Origin: Candidatus Multivoradales bacterium
GTDB lineage: Bacteria; Acidobacteriota; Thermoanaerobaculia; Multivoradales; Multivoraceae
Direction of reading: 5' to 3'
Assembly (NCBI GenBank): GCA_965223325.1
Contig: CBDCWI010000001.1
Coordinates: forward strand, 928,001-992,000
DNA: 64,000 nt
Shown one piece after another: positions 9,311 to 19,402 of the stretch. Position numbers and translations under genes: made by a program. The notes under the pieces are model-generated. The model did no database searches, was not told where the DNA came from, and saw nothing but the letters and a program-made list of their open reading frames with translations. The stretch's first letter is position 1. The number at the start of each line of letters is the position of its first letter.

Positions 9311-11721
9311 GCGCGCGCCTTCTCGAGCGCCTCTTCGATGGCCAGCCGAACACGGCCCGGGGCAAGCGGCATGTCGAGATGGGTGATGCCGAGCGGCTCG
9401 AGGGCATCGATCACCGCGTTCACCACACACGGCGTTGCCCCGATGGTGCCCAACTCGCCTATCCCCTTGGCACCCAGCGGATTGAGCGGCGTTGTCGTCA
9501 CGGTGTTGGCGAGCTCGAAGCGCGGAAACGCCGGCGCTCGTGGCAGGGCGTAGTCCATCAGGCTGCCCGTCACCAGCTGACCGCCGTCGTCGTAGCGCAC
9601 CTCTTCCCACAGCGCCTGCCCGATCCCCTGCACGATGCCACCGATACGCTGGCCGTCTGAAAGGAGGGGATTGATCACGTTGCCAAAGTCGTCGGTTGCC
9701 ACATAACGCTCGAGGGAGATCGCACCGGTTTCGACGTCGACCTTCACCTCACAGAGATGAGCCCCAAAGGGATAGGTAGCGCCGGTCGGTTCGAATCGCG
9801 CCACCGCTTCGAGGCCGGGCTCCTCTCCCGGCACCGGCGTGTTCCAGAGATGCGCCATCTGCGCCACGTCACGAAAGTGCAGCGCGCGCTCGCTGTCATC
9901 GCTCCCAGCGACTCGAAAGACACCGGCATCAAAGGCGATGCGCTCCACCGGCACATCGAGATGATGGGCCGCGATGCGGCGCGCCTTGGCGTGGATTCGT
10001 ACCAACGACATATGCAACGCTGCACCACCCACCGCAATCCCACGACTTCCAAAGGTCCCGACGCCATGTTGCACGACGTCGGTGTCACCGTGGACGACGG
10101 TTACTGCCTCGACCGGCACCCCAAAGGCATCGGAGACCATCTGGGCGAACGACGTTTCCTCGCCCTGACCGTGCGGAGAGATACCGGTGAGCACCGTGAC
10201 GTTGCCACTCGGCTCGACGCGCACCGTGGCGCTTTCCCAGGTCCCCATGCGCTCGAGCGGCGACGCGTTGCTGCTCGGGCCGAGCCCGCAGACTTCGGTG
10301 AAGGTCGCGATGCCAATGCCGGTCAGATGGCCGCGAGTTCCGCCAAGAGCGGCGAAGCGGAGCCGGCCCTCCCGCTGGGCCTTCCTTGACCCGCGGTAGT
10401 CGAACATCCCGAGAGCCCGGTCGAGCGTTCGGTCGTAGTCGCCGCTGTCATAGGTGCTGCCGGTGGCGGTTGTGTAGGGGAACGCGTCACGGGCAATGAA
10501 GTTGCGCCGTCTGACTTCGACCGGATCGAGCTCTAGCCGCCGCGCCAGCTCGTCCATGATGCGCTCGATCAGGTAGGCAGCCTCCGGGCGTCCGGCTCCG
10601 CGGTAGGCCTCGGTCGCCATCGTGTTGGTGTAGACGGTGACCGTCTCCCAGGACACCGCCCCAATGTCGTAGCAGCCGCACGCCATGGAGTAGGTCGACA
10701 GGGCGATGAAGGGCCCGTAGTAGGAGCAGTAGGCGCCGACTTCTGCCACGGTACGACCACGCAGAGCGAGCACCCTCCCGGCTTCGTCGTGGGCGACCTC
10801 GACGGTTTCCAGGTGGCCGCGCCCATGGGTCGTCGCCAGTAGGTTCTCACTGCGGCTCTCGCACCACTTGACCGGTCGTTGGAGCGCCTTCGACACCCAC
10901 GACAGCAGACACTCCTCGGGGTAGACCGGGATCTTGCAACCGAAACCACCACCGACCTCGGGCGCCACCGCACGCACATTGATCTCGGGAACTCCCAGGC
11001 AGCTCGCCACCTGCTGTTTGACGTGATGCGGAGTCTGGGTCGAAACGAACACCGTGAGCTTCTGCGGGCCTTCGTCCCACTCCGCGACCACCGCACGCCC
11101 CTCCATGGGCACGGGTGCGACGCGTTGGTTCGAGAGTTCGACCTCGAACGTCCCACTCGCCGCGCGAAACAACTCGTCGGTCCTTGGATGGTCCGCCGGG
11201 ACCCGGAAGCAGATATTGGATGGAAGCTCCGGATAGACCTTCGGTGCATCGTCGGCCATCGCCGACCGCACGTCGGTGACTGCTTCGCGAGGTTCAATGT
11301 CGACGACGACCAGATCCTTCGCATCTGCCGCCTGCTGCGCCGTCTCCGCCAGCACCACAGCCACCGGCTGGCCAACGAAGCGCACATCGCCGTCGGCGAG
11401 CAGCGGATGCTCCTCTTTCGCGATGAAGGGTGCCGAAGCAATCGACGGCGTCGGGCCAACCGTGCCTTTGAGATCTTCAAAGGTGAAGGCGGCAACCACT
11501 CCGGGTGCCGCTCGCGCGACCGAGAGGTCGATCGACTGGATGCGACCGGCAGCGAAATCACTGCGCACGAAGGCGGCGTGCAGCATGTCGACACGTTTGA
11601 TGTCATCGGTATAGGTAGCCAGACCGCGAATGAGCCGCGGATCTTCACGCCGCTTGATCGGGCGGCCGACCGCGTTGGGGCGCCAGTCGGCCGCCGGCTT
11701 ACCGGTCCCGCCTGACATCAA
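9307..11721 (-). CDS. Xanthine dehydrogenase-family molybdopterin-binding subunit (form II CoxL-like)
   Basis: [52 protein letters not shown]. Confidence 0.92.
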   Translation of the reverse strand: MMSGGTGKPAADWRPNAVGRPIKRREDPRLIRGLATYTDDIKRVDMLHAAFVRSDFAAGRIQSIDLSVARAAPGVVAAFTFEDLKGTVGPTPSIASAPFIAKEEHPLLADGDVRFVGQPVAVVLAETAQQAADAKDLVVVDIEPREAVTDVRSAMADDAPKVYPELPSNICFRVPADHPRTDELFRAASGTFEVELSNQRVAPVPMEGRAVVAEWDEGPQKLTVFVSTQTPHHVKQQVASCLGVPEINVRAVAPEVGGGFGCKIPVYPEECLLSWVSKALQRPVKWCESRSENLLATTHGRGHLETVEVAHDEAGRVLALRGRTVAEVGAYCSYYGPFIALSTYSMACGCYDIGAVSWETVTVYTNTMATEAYRGAGRPEAAYLIERIMDELARRLELDPVEVRRRNFIARDAFPYTTATGSTYDSGDYDRTLDRALGMFDYRGSRKAQREGRLRFAALGGTRGHLTGIGIATFTEVCGLGPSSNASPLERMGTWESATVRVEPSGNVTVLTGISPHGQGEETSFAQMVSDAFGVPVEAVTVVHGDTDVVQHGVGTFGSRGIAVGGAALHMSLVRIHAKARRIAAHHLDVPVERIAFDAGVFRVAGSDDSERALHFRDVAQMAHLWNTPVPGEEPGLEAVARFEPTGATYPFGAHLCEVKVDVETGAISLERYVATDDFGNVINPLLSDGQRIGGIVQGIGQALWEEVRYDDGGQLVTGSLMDYALPRAPAFPRFELANTVTTTPLNPLGAKGIGELGTIGATPCVVNAVIDALEPLGITHLDMPLAPGRVRLAIEEALEKARA

Positions 11722-12257
11722 CCCACCTCCTCTCGGGCGCTCGCTTGCGCGCCACCACCCGCCTGACCATCAGCGCTTCGCAGGCGCCCGAGGGCGGTCG
11801 CCGCGTCTTGTACCGCATCGACGATCTGCTGATAGCCGGTACAGCGGCAGAGATTGCCTCGCAGGCCACGGCGGATGTCGTCATCGCTCGGATCGGGCTG
11901 GTTGGCAAGGAGAGCCGTTGCGGCCATGATCATTCCCGGCGTACAGAACCCGCACTGTAGGCCGTGCTTCTCCCAGAAACCGACCTGCACTGGATGAAGC
12001 GTCTCCTCACTCGGCGCCAGGCCCTCGATCGTCGTCACGCGACATCCATCGGCCTGCACCGCCAGGGTCGTGCAACTCTTGATCGCGCGCCCGTCGAGAT
12101 GAACGGTGCATGCGCCGCAGAGCGTGGTTTCGCAACCAACGTGCGTTCCGGTCAGGCCGAGCTCGTCGCGTAGGAAGTGCACAAGGAGGGAGCGCGGTTC
12201 GACGCTCCGAGTCACTTCGTGGCCGTTGACTCGCACCGTGATCGATACCTCGTTCAT
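11718..12257 (-). CDS. [2Fe-2S]-binding small subunit (CoxS-like)
   Basis: [12 protein letters not shown]...KSC and QCGFCTPG...[11 protein letters not shown] at 12257; the stop overlaps the large-subunit start. Confidence 0.93.
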   Translation of the reverse strand: MNEVSITVRVNGHEVTRSVEPRSLLVHFLRDELGLTGTHVGCETTLCGACTVHLDGRAIKSCTTLAVQADGCRVTTIEGLAPSEETLHPVQVGFWEKHGLQCGFCTPGMIMAATALLANQPDPSDDDIRRGLRGNLCRCTGYQQIVDAVQDAATALGRLRSADGQAGGGAQASAREEVG

Positions 12258-12448
12258 CTCGCACTCTCTGATCGTTGTTGTTGCACGGGCGCACTCTACG
12301 TCCTTTGCGTCGAAGGCGATCCTGGGCCACGCCGCTCGAGCGACCTTCGCCGTTGCCTTGGACTCGCAATAGGGTACGATGACGCAAATTCGCACGATCC
12401 ATCAAACGGAGACGCGGCCCTCGCCGGGTCTCGAGGAGGGCACCCATC

Positions 12449-13042
12449 TTGGATCGCCATTCAGAAGCCGAACGCAAGGACGGCGCGCGCAGTATCGCGA
12501 CAATCATCTGCGTTATCGCCGCCGCGCTCCTCTGGTCGGCTGGCCAGGCAAGCGCACAGTCGGGCGCCCATGTCGGCCTCGACGTCACAACCTGCACCTC
12601 GGGAGAGGACTGCCTGAGTTGCGATCCGGGGAACATCCCTGGCTTGCGCGTCGTCGACTCTGACGGCCAGAGCAAGGCGCGGGTCACCGTGCACTGCGAC
12701 AGACCGGGCAACCGCCGGAATCGCTGCACCGAGAACGACGGCAAGGTCTCGAAACTCCGCTGGACGATGGATGTCTCAGAGTCTGCGGGCGAAACCCTTC
12801 TGGTCACTGGCAAGACCCCGGTACCCCCGCCGGCCGGCTTCAGCCCACTCGCCTACCGCCCAGCCGCGGGCGATCGTGGCAACAGCTCCACGATCGACGT
12901 AGAAACGCGAGCCGCCAACTACCGCTACCTGCGCTTCAACAGCGACAGCGAAGCGGTCTGGCCGTATGCGCTCTACCTGCTCGACGATGAATCCAACATC
13001 ATCGCCTGCGGTGACCCGGTCATCATCATCAGGGACGGTTGA
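12449..13042 (+). CDS. Hypothetical secreted protein, paralog of the next gene
   Basis: GAGGAGG upstream of TTG; signal peptide ending ASA-Q; clear similarity to 13046..13651. Confidence 0.8.
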   Translation: MDRHSEAERKDGARSIATIICVIAAALLWSAGQASAQSGAHVGLDVTTCTSGEDCLSCDPGNIPGLRVVDSDGQSKARVTVHCDRPGNRRNRCTENDGKVSKLRWTMDVSESAGETLLVTGKTPVPPPAGFSPLAYRPAAGDRGNSSTIDVETRAANYRYLRFNSDSEAVWPYALYLLDDESNIIACGDPVIIIRDG

Positions 13043-13045
13043 TCC

Positions 13046-13651
13046 ATGTGTGAACGCACGAGAATCGTCGGCGCGCTAGCGGCAGCACTCTTTCTGGCTG
13101 GCTGTCCTGCGCAGGAAGAAACCCCACCGCCGACTCCGGCACCACCCGCGACCCCAGCACCACCGGGCGGCGGCGATCCCGCCGTCTGGAGCGCCGTCGC
13201 GGTTGCCATCGACCCTGAAGCGCGGTGCGAAGACGACCCAGCACTTCCACTTCTGGTTGCCAACCCGCCGCAACTCGAAGTCACCTGCGGCGGCGCCGGA
13301 GCTCGAAACTTCTGTGGACGCGAGACCTCGAAAGTGCGCTGGCAACTCGACCTGCCGGAAGAGCTGGCCGGTAGCGAGCTCCTGGTACGGGTCAAGGTAC
13401 CCGCGGAGATCCCGAGCGGCTACAGCCCATCGGCCTTCAGCCCACCGGCGAGTGTCGCCTCCGAAGCCGCTCAGGAGCAACAGGCCGCTCTCGTCAGCGG
13501 GTCGGTCGAGATTCTCTCGCGGCTGGCCAACCGCAGTCAACTCCGCTTCGTCGATGGTGTCGCGGTGTGGCCCTATGAGCTCGAGCTCCTCGACGCGGAG
13601 GGCAATCGAATCGCTTGTGGCGACCCGGTGATCATCATTCGCGACCTCTAG
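13046..13651 (+). CDS. Hypothetical lipoprotein, paralog of the previous gene
   Basis: Lipobox LAGC, Pro-rich tether, shared C-terminus AVWPY...IACGDPVIIIRD. Confidence 0.82.
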   Translation: MCERTRIVGALAAALFLAGCPAQEETPPPTPAPPATPAPPGGGDPAVWSAVAVAIDPEARCEDDPALPLLVANPPQLEVTCGGAGARNFCGRETSKVRWQLDLPEELAGSELLVRVKVPAEIPSGYSPSAFSPPASVASEAAQEQQAALVSGSVEILSRLANRSQLRFVDGVAVWPYELELLDAEGNRIACGDPVIIIRDL

Positions 13652-13687
13652 CGGCGCGCCTCCCTCGAGTTTCCCGTCACTCGAGCG

Positions 13688-16330
13688 TCAGGGATCGGCG
13701 CGTTCGAGAAGCTCGACAAAGCGCGCATTCTCTCGCAGAGCGGCGAGTTCTTCGTCACCGCGAAGGCGCTCCGGCGGCGCCCCCAGTTCCAACGCCCGCG
13801 CGATGGCCACGTTGGCCTCACGGGTCGCACCACAGGCAGCGAAGATCTTGGCCACTCCGGTGTAGGCCAACTCGCCGTTCAAGGCGCTCTTCTCCGCCAT
13901 CAGCTTCGAACCCAGGGCCACCGCGTCGGAGCAATGCCCCGCCTTGGCGAGATAGCGCGCGCGCCCCAGCTGCCAGCCGGTGTTGGCGGGGAAGACGGCC
14001 ACCCGATCGTTGAGGATCGAGAGCGCCTTCTCGTACTCGAGCTGCGCCGCCTCGGGTTGGCCGAGGGCCATCAGGGCATCGCCCAGGTTGCCGTGGTGCA
14101 CGTCGCCTCCCGGTGACAGGGTGACTGCCAACTGGTAGTAGGTGCGGGCGGTTTCGTAGTCCCCGCGAAAGAAGTACACCGTGCCGATATTGGAGGCGTG
14201 ATCGGCATCGACGATCGGGCCGTCAAAGTCTTCGATCAGCGCCATCGCTTTGTCGAGGTCGAAAGAAACCAGGTAGACGGCCAGTGCGTTGGCGACCGGT
14301 TCTGGGCGTTGGGGGTCGAGTTCGTGGGCGCGCTCGAGGGCACGCACCGCCCCCTCATGATCGCCTTGGCGCTCGAGGTAGGTCCCCCACTGCCACCAGC
14401 CGCGCCACCAGTCGGGACGCTCCTCGATGACCGAGAGAAACCCGGCCCGTGCCTCGACCTCGCGCCCCGCCCGGGCATCGAGCTTGGCGCGCTCGAGCGT
14501 TCTGACCACCTGCCCTAGCGCCTCAGACTGCTCGCTCAACTCGTCAACAGCAGGGTCCAGAGCAGTCCGCTCCTCGGCGCGCTCCAACCAGCGAGCAGCC
14601 TCGGCATCATCCCCTGCGAAACGGTAGGCACGCGCTAGCACCAGGCTGGCCTCGGGGAGCTGCGGCGCCAGGTCGGCTGCCCGCTGGCCGGCGCTCAAGG
14701 CCAACTGCAGCGTATCGGTACTGCGATCGGCGGCGTGGCGCTGCACCGCGACCTCGGCCAGGGCCGCCCAGGCCAGCGCCAGATCGGGAGCAAGCTGGGT
14801 GGCACGCTCGAGATAGGTCGTCGCCACCTCGAGATCTCCAGGGCCACCGGCGTCGAGAAACTGCAACCCCTTGAGGTACGCACTCCACGCCTCTTCCGAG
14901 GCCGCAACCCCGACCAGCTGCGGAGACGAGGGGCCCGGCTCGATGAGTTGCCGGGCGACGCTTTCGATAATGCGCTCGCGCAGCCGCGCCGAGGCCCTCT
15001 CGGGCTCAACGAAGGTGTCCTGCCACAGAATGTCGCCCGCCGGGAGTTCAACCAGTTCGACCCCTGCGGTGATCTCTCCTTCGTGCTTCGACAGGTACCC
15101 TTCGATCACGAGATCTGCGCCGAGGTCAGCCTCGAGACGATCGTAACGATCGGGCAGATCGACAAGACCGTTGGTTCTGCCATGAGCCAGAACCCGGATC
15201 TCGTCGACCGCCGAGAAGGCGCTGCCAATGGTGCGTGACAGGTAGGCGTACGACGGCTCACCGGTGTCGTTGGTAAAGGGCAGGATCGCCAGGCGACGCG
15301 GGGCATCGGCCACTTCAGCGCTGGTCGTGTTCGAGGGCAGCATCGGCCGACTGAAGGCAGCGCTGTCGACCGCCCGCCAGACCAGCGCCGAACCGAAGGC
15401 AATGGCCGCAATCATGCCGAGAGCGACGCCAGCGAGGCGCACGTTGGGGGAGATGCGCGGCTGGGGCGGCAGGGCCAGCCGCGATGCATCCGTTGCGGTG
15501 GCGCCCGAGATCGCGCGCAGCGCGTCCAGGGCGTCGGCTGCCGATGGGTAACGGTCTTCTCGATCGAAGGCGGCGAGTCGACCGATCACCGGGGCGAGCG
15601 GTGAACCGGCGGCGAGTGAACGACGCGCCTCTTCTGCCATCACGACGTCACGAAGGGCGCCTAGATACTCGGCGAAACTGCGCGGTGTCACTGCGCGCTT
15701 GCCAGTTGCTGCTTCGTAGAGCGTCATACCGAGCGAGAACAAGTCTGCTCGGCCATCGACCGCTTCACCGCGTGCCTGCTCGGGAGCCATGTAGGGAATC
15801 GACCCCACGGCTGCACCGATGCGTGTCAAGGCGATTTCGGTGCCCGCGTCATCGCTCGAAGCGCCCACCACCCGCGCCAGCCCAAAGTCGAGCACCTTGA
15901 CACTGCCATCGGGCGCGACGCGAATGTTGCCCGGCTTGAGATCACGATGCACGATGCCGGCTTCGTGCGCGACGGCCAACGCTTCGCAGACGATCGCACC
16001 AATGCGAATGACCTCGGGCTCGGAAAGAGCACCGCGTTCGATCAGGTCGGCGAGATCTTCGCCCTCGACCAGCTCCATGGCGAGAAAGAGCTGCGCTGGA
16101 TCTGTCGCCTCACCGAAGTCGAAGACGGTAGCGATCGCCGGATGGTTGAGAGCCGCGGCGGCACGTGCCTCGCGCAGGAAGCGCTCGCGGCGCTCGGGAT
16201 CTGAACGCACAGATTCCGGCAGCAGCTTGACCGCCACCAGGCGATCGAGCACCGCGTCGTGGGCACGATGGACTTCGCCCATGCCACCCCGGCCGAGCGG
16301 ATCCAGGAGTCGATACCTATCCTGTAGCAG
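13688..16330 (-). CDS. Transmembrane Ser/Thr protein kinase with TolB_N-like and TPR domains
   Basis: RYRLLDPLGRGGMGEV, VAVK, HRDLKPGN, DFG, YMAPE; one TM helix; LAILPFTN domain; multiple TPRs. The start probably lies upstream of the ATG at 16282. Confidence 0.92.
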   Translation of the reverse strand: MLQDRYRLLDPLGRGGMGEVHRAHDAVLDRLVAVKLLPESVRSDPERRERFLREARAAAALNHPAIATVFDFGEATDPAQLFLAMELVEGEDLADLIERGALSEPEVIRIGAIVCEALAVAHEAGIVHRDLKPGNIRVAPDGSVKVLDFGLARVVGASSDDAGTEIALTRIGAAVGSIPYMAPEQARGEAVDGRADLFSLGMTLYEAATGKRAVTPRSFAEYLGALRDVVMAEEARRSLAAGSPLAPVIGRLAAFDREDRYPSAADALDALRAISGATATDASRLALPPQPRISPNVRLAGVALGMIAAIAFGSALVWRAVDSAAFSRPMLPSNTTSAEVADAPRRLAILPFTNDTGEPSYAYLSRTIGSAFSAVDEIRVLAHGRTNGLVDLPDRYDRLEADLGADLVIEGYLSKHEGEITAGVELVELPAGDILWQDTFVEPERASARLRERIIESVARQLIEPGPSSPQLVGVAASEEAWSAYLKGLQFLDAGGPGDLEVATTYLERATQLAPDLALAWAALAEVAVQRHAADRSTDTLQLALSAGQRAADLAPQLPEASLVLARAYRFAGDDAEAARWLERAEERTALDPAVDELSEQSEALGQVVRTLERAKLDARAGREVEARAGFLSVIEERPDWWRGWWQWGTYLERQGDHEGAVRALERAHELDPQRPEPVANALAVYLVSFDLDKAMALIEDFDGPIVDADHASNIGTVYFFRGDYETARTYYQLAVTLSPGGDVHHGNLGDALMALGQPEAAQLEYEKALSILNDRVAVFPANTGWQLGRARYLAKAGHCSDAVALGSKLMAEKSALNGELAYTGVAKIFAACGATREANVAIARALELGAPPERLRGDEELAALRENARFVELLERADP

Positions 16331-16388
16331 ACGCCTCGCCCCCCTCTGGACGAAAGTTGTGCAGGCCCGAGAAAGAAACCTAACACGC

Positions 16389-17369
16389 TCACGCCGTGAC
16401 GCGACAAGCCTGGATCTCTTTGGTGAGGATCTCAGGTACCTGTTCGTGTACCTCGGGTGCGACCCTGAAGGTGGTCATGATCGAAAGCACGTCGAGGTCT
16501 TCTGGCACGACTTCGGAACGCCCTTCGATCAGCGCCCGGCCGCGCAGGAGTTTCACCGCCTTGACCAGAAAGGAGCGGTCGGTGAGGAGCGAATTCGACT
16601 CGTTGCAGTCGTGGTCGACAACCAGTGTCCGAAGGATGCGCAAGAGGCCGGCGCGTACCGCCTCGGGAACCACGATGTCCTGCAGTTCGGCGTACAGGCC
16701 GTCGAGCTCAGTGCGTGAAATCACCGGCTCCGGTTCGGGCTGCTCGACCACCTCGCCCGAGGCGAAGCGGTCGATGAGCTCGCGTGCGTGGGCCTCGTTT
16801 CCTGACTGAATGAGGCCACGGACTTTGAGCTGAATGGCAAAGCGGTCGACGTTCGCCGGATCGAGAGGCTCGTTGTAGTACTCGTCATCCATCGGGTTGC
16901 CGGTGGCAATCGCCGAGAGTAGCGGGATTGGCCGTTCGCCGAAGCGCCGCTCGTTGAGAATCCGCAGCAGCACGTTGAGCGCCTCTCCAGGCGCCCGTGA
17001 AATGTCGTCGAGGACACAGACTTCGGCGGTCAAGATACCGCCCGGATCGATGCGCTGGTGAATGCGCTCCCCTTCGCCTTCAGCCAGTTCGCGGCGTTCG
17101 AGAACGACGTCACCCACCAGCTCTGCCAGGCGGGTGTCGCGATGCAGCTGGTAGAAGAAGAAGCCGAGCCGCGCGCCCTGGGCGGTGATCTCAGCCAGGC
17201 GCGTCTTGGCAATGCCCGGCGGACCCTCGAGATAGACGTGCTCACGACTGACGAGGCCCAGCATGAGAGCGTCTTTTACATCGCGGTGCCCGACCACGTG
17301 CCGGTCGAGGAGCGCGGAAAGGGCAGACAGGGCTTGCTGGGACACGTTGGCGAACTCCGTTGGAAGCAA
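16389..17369 (-). CDS. MoxR/RavA-family AAA+ ATPase
   Basis: EHVYLEGPPGIAKT, VCVLDDISRA, ALNVLLRILNERRF, ATGN, DRF. Confidence 0.88.
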   Translation of the reverse strand: MLPTEFANVSQQALSALSALLDRHVVGHRDVKDALMLGLVSREHVYLEGPPGIAKTRLAEITAQGARLGFFFYQLHRDTRLAELVGDVVLERRELAEGEGERIHQRIDPGGILTAEVCVLDDISRAPGEALNVLLRILNERRFGERPIPLLSAIATGNPMDDEYYNEPLDPANVDRFAIQLKVRGLIQSGNEAHARELIDRFASGEVVEQPEPEPVISRTELDGLYAELQDIVVPEAVRAGLLRILRTLVVDHDCNESNSLLTDRSFLVKAVKLLRGRALIEGRSEVVPEDLDVLSIMTTFRVAPEVHEQVPEILTKEIQACRVTA

Positions 17370-17429
17370 ACAGTGAACAGGCTAGGGGCCTCAGGGGGCC
17401 GGGGCCAAGGCGGCGGGCAGGATAGCAGG

Positions 17430-19331
17430 CTAGCGTTCCTCGACGGCCAGCTGACCGCGATGATCGGGCCGCGCCTGAAAGCGTAGGCCACCGGTCTCTC
17501 TGGAAAGATCATCGAGTACCGGAGGGCACTCGCCAGAACCGAGGAACACCGTGTGCAGGGCGACGCCGAGACGCTTGGCCTCGGCCCTCTCACGACGCAC
17601 ACTCGGATCGCCAATGATCGGCAGACCGTCGGTGAGCATCACGACGTGGCGGTTGCGCCCCATTCCACCGCGCAACGCCTCGATGGCGACGCGCAGCGGG
17701 TCTTCGTAGTTGGTCTGGCCGAGCGTACGGGCCGTACCGGCGAGCTCGTAGAGTCGCCGGTACGATCGGTGCAGAAGGCGACCACCGACGAGGTGATCGA
17801 TCGCCTTGTGATGAAACTCAACGTAGCCGACCCGCATACGGCGACGCCCGGCGACCCGCACGACCCCCGCGACGACTTCGCCGGCCCACTCCGCCAGTGT
17901 GCCCGCCATCGAGGCTGAGATGTCGCGTAGAACCACGATCGCACCGCCGGCGTTCTGCCGCTTGCGATCGTAGGTACGGGGTGATCCGGGCAAACGGCCC
18001 TCGGCGTAGAGCATCGCTTCGACCAGGTCTCCGTCCAACAGGTCGTCGAGACGACGCAGCGGGCGATAGGCGCGCGGCTGACCACCCGGGTCACTGTCGG
18101 GCTCGATGCGGCCGCGCTCAATACGCCCGACGAGTGCCTTCATCAGACGCTCGACCTGTGCCGGCTGAGTCAACACCCGGCGTTCGGGGTCGGGCTGGTA
18201 GATCTCGTCTTCCGAGTCGAGCACCGCAGCGGTACTCTGGGCGTCACTGGCGACCCCTTCGCCGGACATTGCCGGCCCGGCAATGGTCTCTGAACCAGAG
18301 ACCGCGACCTGGACCTGCTCGTCGCCGGCCTCGCCGAGCAACTCTTCGATCGCATCTTCGAGCTCTTGTAGGAGCTCGCTCGGAATCCGACGGGCCGCCA
18401 TGTAGCGAATCGCGCGCAAGTCTCGCGCGCTGACACACGGCGCGTTGCGAAGCGTCGCGTGCGCCCTGACGATGCGCCAGACCACGACCCCGAAGGTGCG
18501 GTCAGATAAGAGGGCGTCGTCTTCGCGCGACAGGCGCGCGCGCATGCGGCTGAGCAGGTCGGCGTAGCCGTCGCGCACCGACTGTGGAATCGCCAGGCTT
18601 GCTGCACGCTCCTGGAGCGCCTTCCTCACCGCCGATGTGAGCGCCAGCGGGGCGCCATCCTCGTCGAGGAAGGGCTGCTCGGAAAGTGCCGGCGTTTGAC
18701 GAGCGGCGCGATCGAGCACCAGGCGTGCCTCGCGAAACCGGCGCCCGGTGAGCAGGCCGGGCATTCGAACCTGAATCGCGAAGCGATCGAGCTGACTGGG
18801 TTCGAGCGGATCGACCGGTGTGTCTTCTCCTTCCTCATCGGGTGGCCCGGTGGCGACCGCCGTCTCGAGCGGCAGATCGGCACCGAGCGCACGGCGCGCA
18901 GCGAGGATCCGCAAAAGAGGGCCTAGCGCCTCTCCGGGGGCGCGCGGAAGATCCTCGAGGATGGCCACCTCGGCCTCGAGCAGGGGCCCCGGCACGACAT
19001 CACGGCGCAGGATCTCGAGCCGGCCGCGGCGCTCGCGACGGAGAACCGCGTCGCCCAGCAGGTCAACCTCGCGAATGTCGCGATGGAAGGGCACCACCTC
19101 CACACGAGCTCCAGAGAGCTTCGCCAGAGTCTCGGCGAGCAGTGACTTACCGACTCCCGGCGGACCCTCGAGGTAGGCGTGCTCCTTGGCCAGGAGCGCC
19201 AACATCACCCCGACCTTGGCATCTTGCTGGCCGACGAGGACTCGATCGAGACCTCGGCGCACCCGCACGAGGCCGTCGAAGAGCGCGTCTTCTGTGGCTC
19301 TTGCAGTCACGAGCAAAGGGCGCCGAAGCAC
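17430..19331 (-). CDS. MoxR-like AAA domain fused to a C-terminal vWA domain
   Basis: EHAYLEGPPGVGKS, ILEDLPRAPGEAL, LDRFAIQ; acidic linker; vWA MIDAS residues RDISASM, GQTNY, LTDG. Confidence 0.85.
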   Translation of the reverse strand: MLRRPLLVTARATEDALFDGLVRVRRGLDRVLVGQQDAKVGVMLALLAKEHAYLEGPPGVGKSLLAETLAKLSGARVEVVPFHRDIREVDLLGDAVLRRERRGRLEILRRDVVPGPLLEAEVAILEDLPRAPGEALGPLLRILAARRALGADLPLETAVATGPPDEEGEDTPVDPLEPSQLDRFAIQVRMPGLLTGRRFREARLVLDRAARQTPALSEQPFLDEDGAPLALTSAVRKALQERAASLAIPQSVRDGYADLLSRMRARLSREDDALLSDRTFGVVVWRIVRAHATLRNAPCVSARDLRAIRYMAARRIPSELLQELEDAIEELLGEAGDEQVQVAVSGSETIAGPAMSGEGVASDAQSTAAVLDSEDEIYQPDPERRVLTQPAQVERLMKALVGRIERGRIEPDSDPGGQPRAYRPLRRLDDLLDGDLVEAMLYAEGRLPGSPRTYDRKRQNAGGAIVVLRDISASMAGTLAEWAGEVVAGVVRVAGRRRMRVGYVEFHHKAIDHLVGGRLLHRSYRRLYELAGTARTLGQTNYEDPLRVAIEALRGGMGRNRHVVMLTDGLPIIGDPSVRRERAEAKRLGVALHTVFLGSGECPPVLDDLSRETGGLRFQARPDHRGQLAVEER

Positions 19332-19402
19332 CGCCTGAGGGTCGGATCGGACATCGCCCGCAGGATACCGTCATTCACCGGCGCTCATCGGGGCTTTGAC
19401 CC

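Noticed and set aside
9307-11721. Aerobic CO dehydrogenase (form I)
   Set aside because: Lacks the Cu-binding AYxCSFR motif.
16389-19331. Bona fide magnesium or cobalt chelatase I/D subunits
   Set aside because: The AAA motifs look MoxR/RavA-like and no large chelatase subunit or tetrapyrrole gene is present; only the architecture is similar.
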